From: Octopus sinensis
Lineage: Eukaryota
Length of the DNA stretch: 64,000 nucleotides
Assembly (NCBI RefSeq): GCF_006345805.1
Contig: NC_043014.1
Span: 17,670,001 to 17,734,000 of the forward strand
Direction of reading: 5' to 3'
Positions within the stretch are counted from its first letter, which is position 1. Each line of letters opens with the position of its first letter. Below the pieces are notes generated by a model. The model saw only the letters and a program-made list of their open reading frames with translations, was not told the origin of the DNA and searched no databases. Position numbers and translations under genes: made by a program. Below are positions 24,550-35,214 of this stretch, in pieces.

Positions 24550-24794
24550 ATGTAATACCAAGCGCAACCAAAAGTATCAGTGGGGAGGCGGGGCTCGTGG
24601 GGTCCGAGCTAAACCCGCACCCACTCCACCCGTAACGTCTTCCGGTCTGTCCCATCATTCGATTTCTGTCCATTTATTGTAATTCATGAAAAATTTTTAA
24701 ATTCGATTTATTGTAAAAACCCATTCGTGTGTCTGACCCCATCATCAGATTGTATTGTCCCATCTTTGTTCGCCCCTTGTGGGTAATAATAAAA

Positions 24795-25115
24795 CAACAT
24801 GGAGGAAAGCACCTTCGAAAAGTGTCTTGGTGCGACTATGAAAGATATCTAATCAGAGGCGGTAAATTCGCCACAATAGAAGCAAGGTTCGAGTCAACGG
24901 AGCGTGCAAGGGAGTACTCGACTCGAACTTGCTAAGTGGAAATATTTTATTTTTACCTTTATATCTGGGACGTAAGACGTCCCGGAAAAAATTTTAAATG
25001 CCCCCCCCCCCCCCGAAATAGAGGTAGGCTGGATTGTAGCCACATTTCTATACAAGAGGGAGGACAAGATACAATTGATCGAAATTACAAGAGACGGGCT
25101 AACAATTCCAGTCTG
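24795..25115 (+). pseudogene. 3' continuation of the interrupted host ORF1
   Basis: NMEESTFEKCLGATMK / YLIRGGKFATIEARFESTERA / GNILFLPLYLGRKTSR / ILNAPP..EIEVGWIVATFL..EDKIQL is collinear with the three module ORF1s. Confidence 0.75.
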
Positions 25116-26101
25116 TTATATATTTTGAGTATTGTTATCACTAGCGATATCAAGATATAACTTTGTACTTTGTATTTTATGTGTAGATGTATATATATAG
25201 ATGTACATATAATATGTATACATATATATACACATATATACATGCACTAGCACTATGACCCGGCAACAACGGGTCTTTAATGCTAGTATATATATAAAAT
25301 ACAGAATGGGACAAGAACGCAAAACATCCGGACAACTAGGTGATACAAAAAGGGACAACAATACATCCACACACACACACACACACACACAGACAGACAG
25401 ACAGACACACACACACAGACAGACAGACACACACACACAGACAGACAGATAGACACACACACACATATACACACGCACTGTCATGTCTTCGTAATTAGAT
25501 ATGTTACCTTTACTGCTTAACTGTTCTGAACCAACACCTTCAAGTATCTTTTACTTGTTTCAATCTTTCGACTGCGGCCATTTTAGGGGTACCACCTTAA
25601 AGAGCATAGTCAAGCAAATTGACTCCAGTATGTATTTTTCTAAAAGCCTGGTATTGACTCAGTCGGTTTCTTTTGCCGACCCTCTAAGTTACAGAGACGT
25701 AAACAAACCAACACCAGTTGTCAAACGATGGTTGAGGCAAAACACACACACACTACACACACACACGCACACACATACAAATACTCACAAGCACACACAC
25801 ACACGGTATGTATGTATGAATGTATGCATGTATGCATGCATGCATGTATGTATGTATGTATGTATGTATGTATGTATGCATGCATGCATGCATGTGTGTG
25901 TATGCATGCATGTGTGTGTATGTATGTATGTATGTATGTATGTATGTATAAAGATAGGATTCAACGATCAAGGAGTAGGAAGTTAGTGAGCTTCAAGCAA
26001 TCCGTTGAAGATATAGAAAAACAACTTTCAGGAACAATAGTAGCTTATTGGCGCAGAAGTTTGAGAATTTTTTTCCGTATCGAGGTACGATAAGCTGAAA
26101 A

Positions 26102-26402
26102 AAATTCAGGCTACCTATGTTTCATAGCTAGTGGAAGCTCGGAAATAGTAAATTACCCAAACAACCGGTAGACCGCAAGCTACCCTTCAGGCCAGGGATA
26201 CTTTAATTATATGAAGTTTACATTGTCGTTACGAGATCCCGTGTTAACTCTCCAAGTTTACACGGGATCTTGTTACGACAAAGTAAACTTCACATAATCA
26301 AGGTACCCTTGGCCTGATGAGTATCTTGCGATCTACCCCTCGTCTGGATAATTTACCACTTCTGAGGTTTTGCTTGCTATGAAACATGTGTAGCCTGGAT
26401 TT
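26102..26402. mobile_element. ~300-bp foldback with a hammerhead-like motif in each arm
   Basis: Imperfect inverted arms across the whole element. Hammerhead-like motifs at 26109-26193 (-) and 26311-26395 (+). Confidence 0.65.
26311..26395 (+). ncRNA. type I hammerhead-like motif with long stem II insertion
   Basis: GGC-CTGATGA-GTATC..GCTAT-GAAA-C-ATGT-GTA-GCC. The left-arm copy has GTAGC/GCTAT pairing and core CTGAAGG. Confidence 0.5.
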
Positions 26403-26425
26403 TATCTCCTCCATTCCCTAAATTT

Positions 26426-26478
<53 letters not shown>

Positions 26479-26498
26479 TCACACACACACACACATAT

Positions 26499-26558
<60 letters not shown>

Positions 26559-26559
<1 letters not shown>

Positions 26560-27391
26560 TAGATGTACCCGCCCTGACCTGTTGGGTCACAACCACTCCA
26601 AGCTGAAAATGTCGATGCGCAGCAGTAAAGGAAAAAATACTATTCCGAACTTCATGCAATCAAGTTTTTTAATTATACAGTTCTTCTGCCTTTGATGTGA
26701 CGACATAAACATGACCAAGTGTTTCTTCTTTGAAAACGTTCAAATGGCCTTCAACTTTTTTTCCTCTCTTTCTTTACCATTCTTTGTTAACACTGTTCCA
26801 AATGAAATACGTGGGTATTTCAGCAGAAAGTAATGTTTTTGCAAAGTCATCATTGATGCACAATGAAAAGAATTCTGTCAATGTTCTTCTCATATATCGT
26901 TCATTGACAGCCATATAAATCCTCATTAGTTCTGAGTAATATTCTTTGTTCATCTAGCAGATGAACTTGCAGCCTCACTATTGTAGGTGCTCTTTCATGA
27001 ATTGAAAATCCTAAAATGGATGCAACTGCTTCGAATAGTCCTATATACCTTCCCATTAGATATTGACTAATTTCCTTATTATTTATTTCAACAGTAGCTT
27101 GGTCATTTCCTTTCGGCATGTACTTGATGACGTATTTAATTGACCTCACTGAAGCAACGATTTCAATGTTACAGTGGCATCTGAATGCTCTTAAATGAGT
27201 TTCTTTATAAAGTACAACCCATTTGTCGTTGTTTGTTTTTCCATTCTTATGAGATTCAACTCCTTCCATTGCAACTGATCTTCGTCTATAAAGAGATATT
27301 CTTTCTGTTTGTTTTTCTGTCTTTTAATTGCGATGATAAAGATTAATATTTTATTTCAAATATATAAAATAGTATTTTTCCCCTTTAAGAA
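26559..27391 (-). mobile_element. Helitron fragment with RepHel coding remnant and 3' CTAG end
   Basis: HCNIEIVASVRSIKYVIKY..KGNDQA..EISQYLMGRYIG..ILGFSIHERAPTIVRLQVHL. CTAG|T on the minus strand at 26559-26562. Confidence 0.8.
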
Positions 27392-27399
27392 AAAATACC

Positions 27400-27610
27400 T
27401 ATTTCTTTACAACCCACAAAGGGCTAAACACAGAGGAGACAAACAAGGACAGACAGACGGATTAAGTCGATTATATTGATCCCAGTACGTAACTGGTACT
27501 TAATTTGTCGACTCCGATAGGATGAAAGGCAAAGTCGACCTCGGCGGAATTTGAACTCTGAACGTAACGGCAGATGAAATGCTGCCAAGCATTTCGACCC
27601 GCCTGCAAAT
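27400..27610 (-). mobile_element. SINE family A (tail shared with the Tx1 modules)
   Basis: Central GCCTTTCATCCT..GGGGTCGA..AAGTACCAG block and tail AGCCCTTTGTGGGTTGTAAAGAAATA. Confidence 0.75.
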
Positions 27611-27693
27611 ACAATTATTAATCTAAAAATATAAAACACTTGTATTTATAATTGTAATTTTTGTATCACGGGTACTGATTTTTTTTTTTTTTT

Positions 27694-28066
27694 CTTAAAG
27701 GGGAAAAATACTATTTTATATATTTGAAATAAAATATTAATCTTTATCATCGCAATTAAAAGACAGAAAAACAAACAGAAAGAATATCTCTTTATAGACG
27801 AAGATCAGTTGCAATGGAAGGAGTTGAATCTCATAAGAATGGAAAAACAAACAACGACAAATGGGTTGTACTTTATAAAGAAACTCATTTAAGAGCATTC
27901 AGATGCCACTGTAACATTGAAATCGTTGCTTCAGTGAGGTCAATTAAATACGTCATCAAGTACATGCCGAAAGGAAATGACCAAGCTACTGTTGAAATAA
28001 ATAATAAGGAAATTAGTCAATATCTAATGGGAAGGTATATAGGACTATTCGAAGCAGTTGCATCCG
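27694..28066 (+). mobile_element. inverted duplicate of part of the Helitron fragment
   Basis: Essentially exact reverse complement of ~27017-27391; same 88-aa translation. Confidence 0.85.
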
Positions 28067-28450
28067 CCTTTACGTTTTGAGTTCAAATTCCCCCTAGGTC
28101 GAATTTGCCTTTAATCCTTTCGGGGTCGATAAATTAAGTACTAGTGAAACACTGGGGTCGATGTAATCGACTAGTTCCCTCCTTCAAAATTTTAGGCCTT
28201 GTGCCTTTAGTAGAAAGGATTATTATTACTATCGCAAAGGCAACGAGCTGGTAGAATCGTTAGCACGTCAGACAAAATGCTTAACGGCATTTCGTCCGTT
28301 TTTACGTTCTGAGTTCAAATTCCGCCGAGGTTGATTTAGCCTTTTATCCTTTCGAGGTCGTTGAAATAAGTCCCAGTTGAGCACTGGGGTCAATAGAGTC
28401 GAATAGCCCCATCACCCCAAATTTCAGGCCTTGTACCTATAGTAGAGAGG
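28067..28450 (+). mobile_element. two SINE family A-related copies
   Basis: GAGTTCAAATTCC..GGTCGA..GCCTTT.ATCCTTTCG.GGTCG motifs. Confidence 0.7.
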
Positions 28451-28460
28451 AATATTATTA

Positions 28461-29025
28461 TTGGGTTGTCCGGAAAGTTCGGGCCGATTTTTAAAGGAAA
28501 GAAAAGGTCAATAAATACTTGCCATTACATTTTTAATCAACCAAATATGAACCATTTTGTTGCACAATGCGTCTCCATCTTTCCTTTAACTTGAAAATAC
28601 CCTCTTCCCAGAATTGAAGTGGTTTCATAGCAAAGAATTCATCAAGGTATCTTTTTACGTCATCCAAGGAATTGAAATTTTTACCATTAAGACTATTCTG
28701 CAGAGACCTGAATAAGTGGGAATCCGAAGGAGCAATATGTGGTGAATATGGAAGGTGGGATAACACATCCCAGACAAGCTGCAGCAATTTTTGTCTGGTT
28801 CCCAAAACATCAAGTGCCGAAATTGAACTTTCTTATCTTCTATTTTAAAGGGTTACAGAATTAACACAGCTTATAGGAACATAAACCTTCTTCCACGAAA
28901 AGATAGATTAAACTGTGCTCTAAATGGAGGTGTAGTAAAATTCTATTTTATAGACTCAACCATGCTCTAAAATAAGTCGAAAGGTAAGCTACTATAAATC
29001 GGCACGAACTTTCCGGACAACCCAG
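28461..29025 (-). mobile_element. ~565-bp internally deleted mariner (copy 1)
   Basis: TIR TTGGGTTGTCCGGAAAGTTCG at both ends, TA flanks. C-terminal transposase HLPYSPHIAPSD..GIFKLKERW. Confidence 0.88.
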
Positions 29026-29439
29026 TATTATTGTTGTTGAGCTTGAGAAGAACGTGAAGAGTGTCCCTAATTTTCTACCCATCCTAATCTGGTGAATTGA
29101 GTACACTTGATACCCATCTAGAAATTAAGCACATCAGTGTCCATCAGTCTCGAAAGACCCTGGATCGTGTCAGCTGCTGATGTTGGTGCGGCGTCTGTTG
29201 TAACTCTTAAGACCCGCACAGGAGTGGCTGTAGCACAGCAGTATGAAGATAGAAAGTGGGTAGCAGAGGCTCCAGGTGAGAGAAACAATTAGCCAAATTT
29301 TTAGAACAGTGTCTGAAGTATGAGAGATATATAATTGATAACCAGCAGTGCATTAATTAGGCTGGTTTAGGGTAGTGGTGTCCTTAAGGCCAGTGTTTCT
29401 CAGTGCAGTTATTCAAAGTGTCACCCACGTACTACACAA

Positions 29440-30765
29440 AATTCAGAGCTACTATAATATGATATTTACCATCCATTTTCTACTGTAGTATGATATCTAC
29501 TATTAATTTTCTACTATAGTATATCTACCAACAGTTGGTAGTATGAAGTATGTTAAAGATCATTAAACATTTATTCTACAAAAAGAAAGGAGCAGTTTGT
29601 AGTGTAAAATTTATTAAGAATTACTAATACCTTATACAAAATAAAAATGATCAAATATTGATTTTAATGTTTATAAACTGATCTGATATCATTTAAAAAA
29701 GCAGTGAACAGGTCATCGTTTTTCCTGAGCATGTTCCAACAATGATGCAAATGTGATTGAAAATGTTGAGTAGGTGCGCCTCTTTTTTTCTTGAGTATTT
29801 CAATCTTAGCATCAAGCCACGATCGCTCAATAGCTTGTATATGAGCTCCTGATGTCGGGTCCACATAATTCACTTGTTGATTGACGGTTTTGTGCTTATA
29901 ACCGATATTCCTTAAGCAACGGTAGGCCGGTCACTCATCGGAATGGATCGCAGAGCCAAGCTTACATTTACGTTCTCTGATAGGAATCAGTGTCCCTATC
30001 TCTTCGTTTAACATAAAAGTACTGACAATCAAGCCTGTTTTCCAGACCAAAAGGCCAGGGGCCATCTATGCATGCTCCACGGTTCTTTTTTCTAAGTTCT
30101 GCATCAGAATCCTCTGAGTTCGGAGGTTGATCACCAGTGAACATTCGACCACGGTTATATTTACGACGACCAGCAGACCTAACCTCGTCAATCTGTATAG
30201 GATTTTCCTGTATGACACTCATTTGACCCCTCGTCTGGTGTGATATTATCTTGCTACTAGCTCCACGACACATATTAAACCAGTCAGTAATAGTATTGGG
30301 CGACTTTCCAGTAAAGGTTACTGTAATACTCATCGGGATTTCGTGAATAAAATAGTACACTAATTCTAAAATTTCACACACATTCAAGCTGCTATTGATC
30401 TTTCCATTCAAATTGGTACAGTGGAAAAACTGATTTCCTTTCCGAACTGAGTGATATACTTGGCACCCTTTTTTCGGATATCTCAGAATTGGCTGGAATT
30501 CTTCCGTTCTATTCCTCTTTCTTTTTTATTGCATTTATGTTCCGCATTTATGACCTACCTGGTCAATAAGATTGTGCTCTCTCAAAAAGGACACCACTTC
30601 ATCTTCACTTGAGATTATTTTGTAAAAGTTTCTGGCCAGCATGGTGTAGTGCGAACAACTAAATGGGCTACAATTAATTGTTGAAGGCCTAAGTGGGTTG
30701 TTTGTAATTGTCATTTACAGTGGGTCGCAAATAGCAAGACAGCTATACTATAGCAGCACCCTGAA
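29440..30765 (-). mobile_element. Merlin/IS1595 (ISXO2-like) transposon remnant
   Basis: IQIDE..GRRKYNRGR, GPW.FG, VNYVDPTSGAHIQAIERSW..K motifs, frameshifted. Termini only weakly suggested. Confidence 0.75.
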
Positions 30766-31961
30766 TTCTTAGAAATGTTTTGTGGATTCTTTTTACTCGT
30801 AGCACAAAATTCCCGTTTATCACTGACTATTATGGCAATAGTTGTTAGCATAAGCAAATAGTAATATTGATTTCAAATTTTGGCACAAATTCTGCCGAGG
30901 TCGATTTTGCTTTTCATCCTTTCGTGGTCGTTGAAATAAGTGCCAGTTGTGCACTGGGGTCGATATAATCGAATAGCCTCCTCACCCCAAATTTCAGGTC
31001 TTTTGGAGCAGGGAGTAAGTCGATTATGTAAGAAATATGAACGCACGTGGTCGCATTGTGTAGGGAATACGATCGCACGTGGTCATATTCCTAATGAATT
31101 ATTACAAGCCATAAATACATGCAGTAACAACAGAACATAAGTGAATCGACGACAAGTCTTGCTGTGGAGAGATAAATATTATTTATTTTACAACCGTGTC
31201 AATGTTAGGAGTTCGTAAGCGTTAACACGCGTGTGCGCATGCAACACGTGTTTGTGTCTGTGTGTTCGTGTGTGTGACAGAACAATCAGAGTGAATGCGT
31301 TTGGCATAGAAGGGTACAGAACATAGAATATATAATGGAAATCGGTTTACTGTTCGTATGGCGAAAACGTTGGAAAAGACTTGAAGTTGATACATGATGG
31401 TGGAGACGGCGAAGATAGTAGGCTTTCTGTGATTGTGTACATTAGCGTCGTAGCTAGTGGTAGCAGGAACAATCATATATCGCTTGGTTGAGTAGCGCTG
31501 TGGTCTAAAGTTAGTTCTTAGAAGAACTGGAACCAAAGACGAATGTGTCTGAGAACACTCCCTTATATACCGGTTGGGTGGCTCAAACGAGCCTCAGAAA
31601 TGGGATCTTAACCAAAGGCCGTGATTGGTTGGCTTTGGCCAGTGGCGCGAAATAAGTAGAGAGACAGACCGCGCTTAGATGCCAACCAATCAAAATAGTG
31701 GACACAACAACGTTAAACTAGCCAAAGATGTTTGTAATCTCAAACGAGATCATTCTAAATATTTCTCTCAAACGGTGAAGATAGCAATGTAGAAAACAAT
31801 ATTGCTATAGATAGCCTCTTGCCAGACGTTTTGTCGTAGACAAAACGACGATAAAATTGAAGCAAAGATGATATTCGAACGGTTGGTCAATTTAACTGGC
31901 ACTAAGTCACCTATGTGGAATGTTCGAGTGAACATAAAATGGCTGCGTGTTTGAAAACGGC

Positions 31962-31970
31962 GGGTCACCA
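31962..31970 (-). promoter_or_regulatory. primer-binding site, tRNA-Trp-like
   Basis: TGGTGACCC one base after the LTR end matches the start of the canonical tRNA-Trp PBS TGGTGACCCCGACGT. Confidence 0.6.
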
Positions 31971-32910
31971 GTGTAAGTAATATGAATGCACGTGGTCGCA
32001 TTGTGTAGGGAATACGATCGCACGTGGTCATATTCTTAACGATTTATTATAAGCCATAAATACAATGTAGTACCAAAAGAACATAGGTGAATTGACGACA
32101 AAGCCGTTCCACTGTTTGAGAGAAGATAAGATTTTATTTACAATTGATGTTAAGGTTAGAAAGTTGTGAGTGCTAGCAAGTGCATATGTGCGTGTGTGCA
32201 TGCAACATGTGTTTGTGTCTGTGTGTTCGTGTGTGTGACAGATACAATAAGGATGAAAGCGTGTGACATAGTAGGTACAGAGCATAGAGTTAATGATGGA
32301 AATTGATTTACTGTTCATGAGGTACACGAAGTGTAAGCGTTCAATATCAAGATGTTTTGTCTCGGAGCTGAGATTAGTTGAATCACTTGTGCTTATCTTT
32401 CTCTTGATATAGATAGATATACTGCAACTGTTTTTCCGTGGTGAGATTTTCACCTAACAGCATGAGTTGAATCTGTAGTTATCTTGTGTACAAGTTAAAT
32501 CTTCGTAGATAGAGACGATGTTGGCGATGACGTTATGTCTGTCGCTTGGTTTACTATAGCGTCTTCATATCATGTTTTGCTTGGTTATTTTTATCTTGAT
32601 ATAGATATTCTTTCAGATATATATACTGCAACTGTTTTTCCGTGGTGAGATTTTCACACTAACAGCATGAGTTGAATCTGTATTTATCTTGTCGTGTGCA
32701 AGTTGAATCTTCGTAGATGGAGACGATGTTGGTACAATGATGGTGACGACGGCGGCGGAGATAGAAATTGGTTTTCTGTTGCGGGTGTACATTAGCGTCG
32801 TCGTGGCTGATCGTCTGTCGCTGTGACTGGACATGTTGAGTAGCTCTGTGGTCAGAGGTTAGCCCTTATAAGGACTGGAACCAAAGACGAAAGTGTCTGA
32901 GAACACTCCC

Positions 32911-32976
32911 TTATATACAGGTTGGGTGGCTCAAACGAGCCTCAGAAATGGGATCTTAAACAAAGGCCGTGATTGG
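32911..32976 (-). promoter_or_regulatory. U3 promoter: CCAAT box and TATATAA (same at 31563-31628)
   Basis: Minus strand AACCAATCA..TATATAAGGGG in both LTRs. Confidence 0.55.
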
Positions 32977-34241
32977 TTGGCTTTGGCCAGTGGCGCGAAA
33001 TAAGTAGAGAGACAGACCGCGCTTAGATGCCAACCAATCAAAATAGTGGACACAACAACGTTAAGCTAGCCAAAGATGTTTGTAATCTCAAACGAGATCA
33101 TTCTTAATATTTCTCTCAAACGGTGAAGATAGCAATGAAGAAAACAATATTGCTACAATTACATTGACCCCAGTGCTAAACGGGTACTTATGTTATCGGC
33201 CCCGAAGGGAATGAAAGGCAAAGTCAATTTCGGCTGAATTTGAACACAGAATGTAGAGGCAGATGAAATACCGCTAACCAATTTAGTCCGGAATGATAAC
33301 AATTCTGCCAGTTTGCCATCTTTAAACAAGTTGAAATATTAGTTTTAAAATTCTGACCCAAGGACAGCAATTTCGGGGAAGGGGTTAAGTCGATTGTATC
33401 GACCCCAGTGATTAACTGGTACTTATTTCATCGACCCCAAAGGATGAAAGGCAAAGTTGACCTCGACGGAATTTTAACTCAGTACGTAAAAACATGAAAT
33501 ACCGCTAAACGTTTTTGTCTGGCGTGCCAACGAAACTACCAGCTCGTCACCTTAAAAAGTTTGTAGTGATATTAAAATTACACTTAAATCATTACACAAA
33601 ACATAACAGTTTCATTGTAAAACCTTTATGCTAGACGAAATGGAAAGGCAGATCAAAATGTGTCAAAGCTATTAAATATGGAATTATAGGAATCCGGGAG
33701 GCTGTTTATGAACTTTAAAAAAATGTCTGCTTCTGATCTTACAATGCAACATGAAGCAGAAATTGCTATTCCACGAATAGGAAAGTAGCAGTTTTCTCAT
33801 GATAATGAACGTGTAGTATGAGATCTTAGGGACAGCAAATGTTACCAGTAAAATTATGCACAGTGCTACTGTAGAAGTATCTACCGCAATGTCATTAACG
33901 AACAGTGTCATTGATAATTTCATTCATTATATTCAAATTCTGTTGCAATAGAATTAAATGTAGAGTCAGGTTTTAAAAGTAAGAGTATAGGTGCAGGCAT
34001 GGCTGTGTGGTTTAGGAGATTGCTTTGCAACCATTTGGTTCGGGTTCAGTTCTACTGCGAAACACTTTGGGCAAGTGTCTTCCATTATAGCTGCAGATGA
34101 CAAATGTCCTGTGAGAAAATTTTACAGACGGAGACTGTAGAAGCCCATCGTGTGAGAGTTTACGAAAAAAGCAAAAGACGGAGACAGGTGGTGTACAAAA
34201 CAAACAGATGTATTAGTATAACGCTCAGGAATAGAAAGAGT

Positions 34242-34277
34242 CTTTTACGTTTCGAGCCTACGCTCTTCTACAGAAAG
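34242..34277 (-). ncRNA. ultra-minimal hammerhead-like motif, variant core
   Basis: CTTT-CTGTAGA-A-GAGC(GTAG)GCTC-GAAACGTA-AAAG. Confidence 0.4.
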
Positions 34278-34348
34278 GGACACAGAAAAAACAAGGAGAG
34301 AAAAATGTGTGTTGTGGCTAACGATCTATCATGGCGACTAGTGCCGAT

Positions 34349-34439
<91 letters not shown>

Positions 34440-34453
34440 GTGTGTGTGTGTGT

Positions 34454-34728
34454 GAATGAGAAAAAATGGAGAAATTGACTTGCAGACAAAAGTTTATTTA
34501 AAGATTTTCCAATTCAATTTAATGAAATTCTAGTCCTACAACCGTTTCCATCTCCAATTAGTTCAATTAATTTAATTTAATTTAATTTAATTTAATTTAA
34601 TTTCTGTAATTGAACTAATTGGAGATGGAAACGGTTGTTGGACTAAAATTTCATTATAAGGATTTGAATATCTTTAAATAAACTGATGTCTGCATGTCAA
34701 TTTTTCCATTTTCTCCTTTTTCTCATTC
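34454..34728. repeat. foldback palindrome with (TTAAT)n centre
   Basis: ~115-bp imperfect inverted arms, each containing GAAACGGTTGT(A/T)GGAC. Confidence 0.7.
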
Positions 34729-34915
34729 ATAAGTATTTTAAATACCTATTTATATATATCAATGCAAAACTAATATATTCAGCTTTCACTGAACACTGGT
34801 ATAAATCGGAGGACTAGGATGCTAGCATCCCTTAAAGGATTATAGGTCCTTAATACAATTAAATTATGACTACCAGATAATTATCCTTCACGTGATTTTT
34901 ATTCTTATTTTATGA

Positions 34916-34986
<71 letters not shown>

Positions 34987-35166
34987 CACCCACACACACA
35001 CGAGAAGATGCTGGGAAGTTCCTGGCTTTGAGTAAAAGAAAATACAGGAGGATTGTTTAATTATGATTTTATTTGGTATATTCCCCTCTCGGATTCACAC
35101 ACTGCGATACTTTTAAAACCAAGAACTATTCAGAAGCCCTTGTATATGTACATTTGTGTGTGTGTG

Positions 35167-35214
<48 letters not shown>

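Larger units (their letters stand above)
19527..24794 (+). mobile_element. full-length Tx1/L1-clade non-LTR retrotransposon (module 3)
   Basis: 5' UTR, ORF1, ORF2 (APE-RT-CCHC), 3' UTR ending GCCCCTTGTGGGTAATAATAAAA. Confidence 0.9.
31027..33157 (-). mobile_element. non-autonomous LTR retroelement: two LTRs with a 162-bp internal region
   Basis: LTRs 31972-33157 (TGTAG..TTACA) and 31027-31809 (TATAG..TTACA). PBS-like TGGTGACCC right after the 5' LTR. ATTA TSD (31023-31026 and 33158-33161) splitting a SINE. Confidence 0.8.

Noticed and set aside
16057-24794. Telomere-maintenance array like HeT-A/TART
   Set aside because: Internal location, no TTAGGG repeats, clade is Tx1/L1; kept only as an analogy.
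15515-25290. Whole Tx1 block as cargo captured by one Helitron
   Set aside because: The CTAG hairpin at ~25248-25290 looks like two abutting ends and cannot be tied to the 5' piece at 15515.
31222-32834. ORFs downstream of the TATA boxes as small duplicated genes, or histone-like promoters
   Set aside because: Frame is not conserved between copies; TG..CA ends, PBS and TSD identify LTRs.
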